UHGV virus genome: UHGV-0060448
Length of the DNA stretch: 38,897 bases
From: a virus
Strand: one strand, 5' to 3'
In this document: positions 35,836 to 38,897 of the stretch, piece by piece
How positions within the stretch are numbered: the first letter of the stretch is position 1
How the letters are laid out: each line of letters opens with the position of its first letter
Position numbers and translations under genes: made by a program
The notes under the pieces: model-generated
The model's database searches: none
What the model was told of the DNA's origin: nothing
Seen by the model: the letters and a program-made list of their open reading frames with translations, nothing else

Positions 35836-36714
35836 ATGGCAGTAACCTATGGTTTTTTTAACAGTGTCAATGGAGACAGAAAATACAATGCGGATCAGAT
35901 GTCATCCTATTTTGAAGGACTTGTGACAGATGGGGTATATGAAAAGATTGGTGATGCACTGATTGTGAAAGCTGGTACCGGAATGCAGGTTAGAATCGGA
36001 AAAGGTCGTGCTGTTATCCGGTCAAAATGGTTTGACAGTGATGCATCATATATCATCAATCTGAATCCGGCTCATGCCACATTGAACAGATACACGGCAA
36101 TCTGCTTAAGACTGGATCTGGAAGAACGCAAAATAGATTTTTACATGAAAGACAGTGCAGATGCAACAACACCTGTAAAACCTACAATGGAAGACAGCCA
36201 GACACTCAAAGAGTTATGTCTGGCATATATCTATGTGAAACGTGGAATGACAGAAATAACACAGGCAGACATCACAGACACCAGGGCAAATACACAAATT
36301 TGCGGCTGGGTAACCGGATTGATTAAACAGGTAGATACCAGTCAGCTGTTTTTGCAGTGGCAGGCAGCCTATGAAAAATCCATTACAGAAATGCAGGACT
36401 GGAGAATCCAGCAACAGGCAGCATTTGACAGCTGGTTTGCAGCATTAACTGGTCAGCTGCAGGTAAATACAACGCTGAAAGAGTATAAGAACTGCACAAC
36501 AACTACAGCGGATGTATCTATGCATCCGGTCGGCGTTCCGGAATTTGATGCGTCAAAAGATATTCTGTATGCAAACATCAATGGCATTCAACTTGTCGAA
36601 GGTGAAGACTATACCGTATCAGGAACAGGTTCAACGGCATCATTAAACTTTAAAAATGTGATTGATGTCGGAAATACGATTGAGATCAGGGTAGTAAAAT
36701 CCGTGATCGGATAA
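35836..36714 (+). CDS. Baseplate/upper-baseplate structural protein
   Basis: 'GFFNSVNGDRKYNA', 'I.D.R.....CGWV'. Confidence 0.78.
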   Translation: MAVTYGFFNSVNGDRKYNADQMSSYFEGLVTDGVYEKIGDALIVKAGTGMQVRIGKGRAVIRSKWFDSDASYIINLNPAHATLNRYTAICLRLDLEERKIDFYMKDSADATTPVKPTMEDSQTLKELCLAYIYVKRGMTEITQADITDTRANTQICGWVTGLIKQVDTSQLFLQWQAAYEKSITEMQDWRIQQQAAFDSWFAALTGQLQVNTTLKEYKNCTTTTADVSMHPVGVPEFDASKDILYANINGIQLVEGEDYTVSGTGSTASLNFKNVIDVGNTIEIRVVKSVIG

Positions 36715-36731
36715 AGAGGGGATGGTTATAA

Positions 36732-37172
36732 ATGATGAACAAAATTATTATGTTGCTTGCGGGTAATTCGTTTTTCCGCATTTTGCTGATCGCTGTTACT
36801 CTGGACACAGTGCTTGGCGTGCTCAGAGCGATCAAGGAACACAAGTTCAACAGTTGCGTGGGTATTGACGGTGCAATTCGAAAATCAGCCATGTTACTGT
36901 CTGTATGCTTACTGATGGCGGTGGATGTGATCCTGAATATCAATGTATTGTTTATGGTGCCACAGGATTATATTGAATTGTTAGGAATACATAAACTTGG
37001 AATTTGTGAATTTTTCAGTATTCTGTTCATATTATATGAGATCGTGAGCGTGTTGAAGAATATGACGTTGTGTGGTTTGCCTGTTCCAGCAAAAATTAAA
37101 CGCTGGGTGCAGAAATTTCTGGAGGATATGACAGAGGAACTTCCGGAAGAGAACAGAACCAGTAACACATAA
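36732..37172 (+). CDS. Holin (toxin-secretion/phage-lysis type)
   Basis: 'D..LG...A......NS..G..G..RK', 'E..S...N....G.P.P'; three hydrophobic segments. Confidence 0.88.
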   Translation: MMNKIIMLLAGNSFFRILLIAVTLDTVLGVLRAIKEHKFNSCVGIDGAIRKSAMLLSVCLLMAVDVILNINVLFMVPQDYIELLGIHKLGICEFFSILFILYEIVSVLKNMTLCGLPVPAKIKRWVQKFLEDMTEELPEENRTSNT

Positions 37173-37201
37173 ACATAAAAAACAATCAAATAAAAAAGAA
37201 C

Positions 37202-37227
37202 AAGAGGGCGTGCAAGCGTCCTCTTTT
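37202..37227 (+). terminator. Intrinsic terminator after the holin gene
   Basis: AAGAGGGCGT-GCAA-GCGTCCTCTT followed by a T-run. Confidence 0.65.
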
Positions 37228-37259
37228 ATATTGCAAAAAAATGAATGGAGGAAAGCAAA

Positions 37260-37916
37260 ATGAACGGATTATTAAAAATCAATTATAAGGAAGAGAAAAT
37301 GTCGGTTACGGATATTTGTGAAGTACTTGATCAATGCAATGACTTCACACAGTTTTTTATTGCTTGCAGTGAAATGAAAGTACAATTTGATCGTGAAGGA
37401 TTAAGAATACTTATTGATGCACTTAGAAAATATTATTCCAAGTATGGAGCCGAAAGTATTGCTTATCTGATTGATTCAATTCATGCGGAAATGGCATTAC
37501 CGTGCAATAACGTAGTGACTAGAAAACTTTCTGAATCAACTATGAGAAAAAGAATATTGGATAATTTCGATAAGATATTTCCTGAATGCGATCACATACA
37601 AATAGAAAAAAATGTGAAAGGGATTGGAAGGATTGATATTTATACTGAAAAAAATGGACGGCCAGTAATTATAGAGCTAAAAATCGGTAGAAAAAATCCT
37701 AATCAACAATTATTAGCATACAGTGCAGGTTTTGAAAACCCTATTCTTATTGGGATTACGGAATTTCCATTAGATGAAGAACAAAAGATTTCAGGTATTG
37801 AGTACTTTTCTCTTCATGAATTAGAGAAGACAAATAAAAAGAGCCGCTTAATAAAAAGCGACTCACACACACAAGCAGGCGGTACTTGCCATCGCCTGCA
37901 CCCAATAAGAACATAA
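37260..37916 (+). CDS. PD-(D/E)xK-type nuclease-like protein inserted between holin and endolysin
   Basis: 'E...R....E......GRIDI.......IIELK.......QL..Y' motif; AT-rich; SD GGAGG. Confidence 0.75.
   Translation: MNGLLKINYKEEKMSVTDICEVLDQCNDFTQFFIACSEMKVQFDREGLRILIDALRKYYSKYGAESIAYLIDSIHAEMALPCNNVVTRKLSESTMRKRILDNFDKIFPECDHIQIEKNVKGIGRIDIYTEKNGRPVIIELKIGRKNPNQQLLAYSAGFENPILIGITEFPLDEEQKISGIEYFSLHELEKTNKKSRLIKSDSHTQAGGTCHRLHPIRT
37836..37903 (-). ncRNA. Candidate ~68-nt antisense RNA overlapping the nuclease 3' end
   Basis: Minus promoter at 37910-37938, hairpin GCAGGCG/CGCCTGC, terminator GAGTCGCTT/AAGCGGCTC + T5. Confidence 0.5.
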
Positions 37917-37938
37917 CACAGTTTAGGGAAAATGGCAA
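37910..37938 (-). promoter_or_regulatory. Antisense promoter TTGCCA-N17-TATGTT with extended -10 TG
   Basis: -35 at 37938-37933 and -10 at 37915-37910. Confidence 0.55.
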
Positions 37939-37965
37939 GAGTCAAGAGAAAGGCGGGTAGAAACT

Positions 37966-38847
37966 ATGAATAAAATTAACCGTATGATTTCAAAGTACAA
38001 TTTTAATCCTGGTAACATTTCCAGAATCAAGTACATCGTGATCCATTACGTCGGAGCATTAGGCGGAGCACAGGAAAACTGTGCATACTATGGTGGTGGT
38101 AACCGTGGAGCATCTGCACATTATTTTGTCGGTTTCGCCGGCGAAATCTGGCAGTGCGTGGAAGATCAGAATATTGCCTGGCATTGCGGGGCGAGCAGCT
38201 ATAAGCATCCGGAATGCAGAAACGCCAACAGCATCGGAATCGAGATGTGCGTGCGAAAAAAGAACACGGCAAGTCTTGGAGCGACGGATAAGGACTGGTA
38301 TTTTGAAGAGGTAACAGTGAAGTCCACTATTGAGTTGACCAGATATCTGATGCAGAAGTACAACATTCCTGCAGATCATGTCATCCGTCACTATGACGTG
38401 ACCGGAAAAATATGTCCGAACCCGTATGTATACAATACAGGTACATATACCTGGGACGCGTTCAAGAAAGCTATTTCCGGACAGAATGGAGATATTCTTC
38501 CAAGCACCGGCAAAGACTGGTATCGCGTCCGTAAGACCTGGAAGAACGCAGGCAGTCAGATCGGGGCGTTTCAGACATTCGTTAAGGCAAAAAAATGTGC
38601 AGATCAGTATGCCGGATATCATGTATACAATCCTTCCGGCAAGAAAGTTTACGCATCTGCCAAATTACCATATAAGGTTCAGCCGAAAAACAACAACGTT
38701 CCGATCAGAACGGGACCGGCGAAAACCTACAGCCGTGTCCAGATGTGCCCGGCTGGAACTTACGTGATTATCGAAGAAAAGAACGGTTTTGGCAAGCTGA
38801 AAAATGGATCAGGATGGGTATATCTGAAGAAAGTGACGCGAGTATAG
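37966..38847 (+). CDS. Endolysin: Amidase_2 N-acetylmuramoyl-L-alanine amidase with C-terminal cell-wall-binding (SH3-like) region
   Basis: IVIHY, SAHYFV, AWHCG, SIGIEMC, RHYDVTGKICP; C-terminal 'GKLKNGSGWV'. Confidence 0.93.
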   Translation: MNKINRMISKYNFNPGNISRIKYIVIHYVGALGGAQENCAYYGGGNRGASAHYFVGFAGEIWQCVEDQNIAWHCGASSYKHPECRNANSIGIEMCVRKKNTASLGATDKDWYFEEVTVKSTIELTRYLMQKYNIPADHVIRHYDVTGKICPNPYVYNTGTYTWDAFKKAISGQNGDILPSTGKDWYRVRKTWKNAGSQIGAFQTFVKAKKCADQYAGYHVYNPSGKKVYASAKLPYKVQPKNNNVPIRTGPAKTYSRVQMCPAGTYVIIEEKNGFGKLKNGSGWVYLKKVTRV

Positions 38848-38859
38848 CAGACCTTTCCG

Positions 38860-38888
38860 TTGCTTTTTGCAATATCGTATGTTATATT
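38860..38888 (+). promoter_or_regulatory. Possible promoter TTGCTT-N17-TATATT for a gene beyond the window
   Basis: 17-bp spacer and TG extension. Confidence 0.4.
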
Positions 38889-38897
38889 AGAAAAAGT

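Larger units (their letters stand above)
1..38897. mobile_element. Temperate siphovirus prophage (immunity, replication, packaging, head, tail and lysis modules); ends lie outside the window
   Basis: Canonical gene order cI/cro -> replication -> terminase -> portal -> protease -> capsid -> tail -> tape measure -> holin -> endolysin. Confidence 0.96.

Noticed and set aside
37756..37938. 60-aa minus-strand ORF as a peptide toxin
   Set aside because: Its start codon is the predicted -35 box, it has no SD, and it runs through the predicted terminator; a non-coding RNA fits better

Overview
The whole window reads as the body of a temperate siphovirus prophage (HK97-type head, non-contractile tail) from a low-GC Gram-positive host. 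The Shine-Dalgarno style and gene families suggest Clostridia/Lachnospiraceae, which is an inference. Order: Ltp-like lipoprotein and immunity switch (XRE, cI, cro, three 15-bp operators) -> early genes -> truncated N6-methylase-like gene -> two tandem paralogous tyrosine recombinases -> HUH rolling-circle-type initiator -> RNase H-like, HNH-like, SSB and PcfK/PcfJ-like genes -> late activator, degenerate tRNA, hicAB -> HNH-AAA and probable cos region -> fibre-like genes -> terminase, head, tail -> holin, inserted PD-(D/E)xK nuclease, amidase endolysin. No att site or boundary integrase is visible. The most striking element is a plasmid-like replication cassette at ~4.7-7.8 kb. It combines a recombinase pair diverged in the DNA-recognition region, a small counter-transcribed RNA, a 14-bp palindrome found four times in the window, a phiX174-like CAACTTGAT candidate nick site, a single-Tyr HUH Rep and DnaA boxes, with no helicase or primase. 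Also notable are a relocated fibre module containing a doubly frameshifted gene, and a nuclease plus convergent antisense RNA inside the lysis cassette. All family assignments come from motif recognition by eye; no database searches were run.
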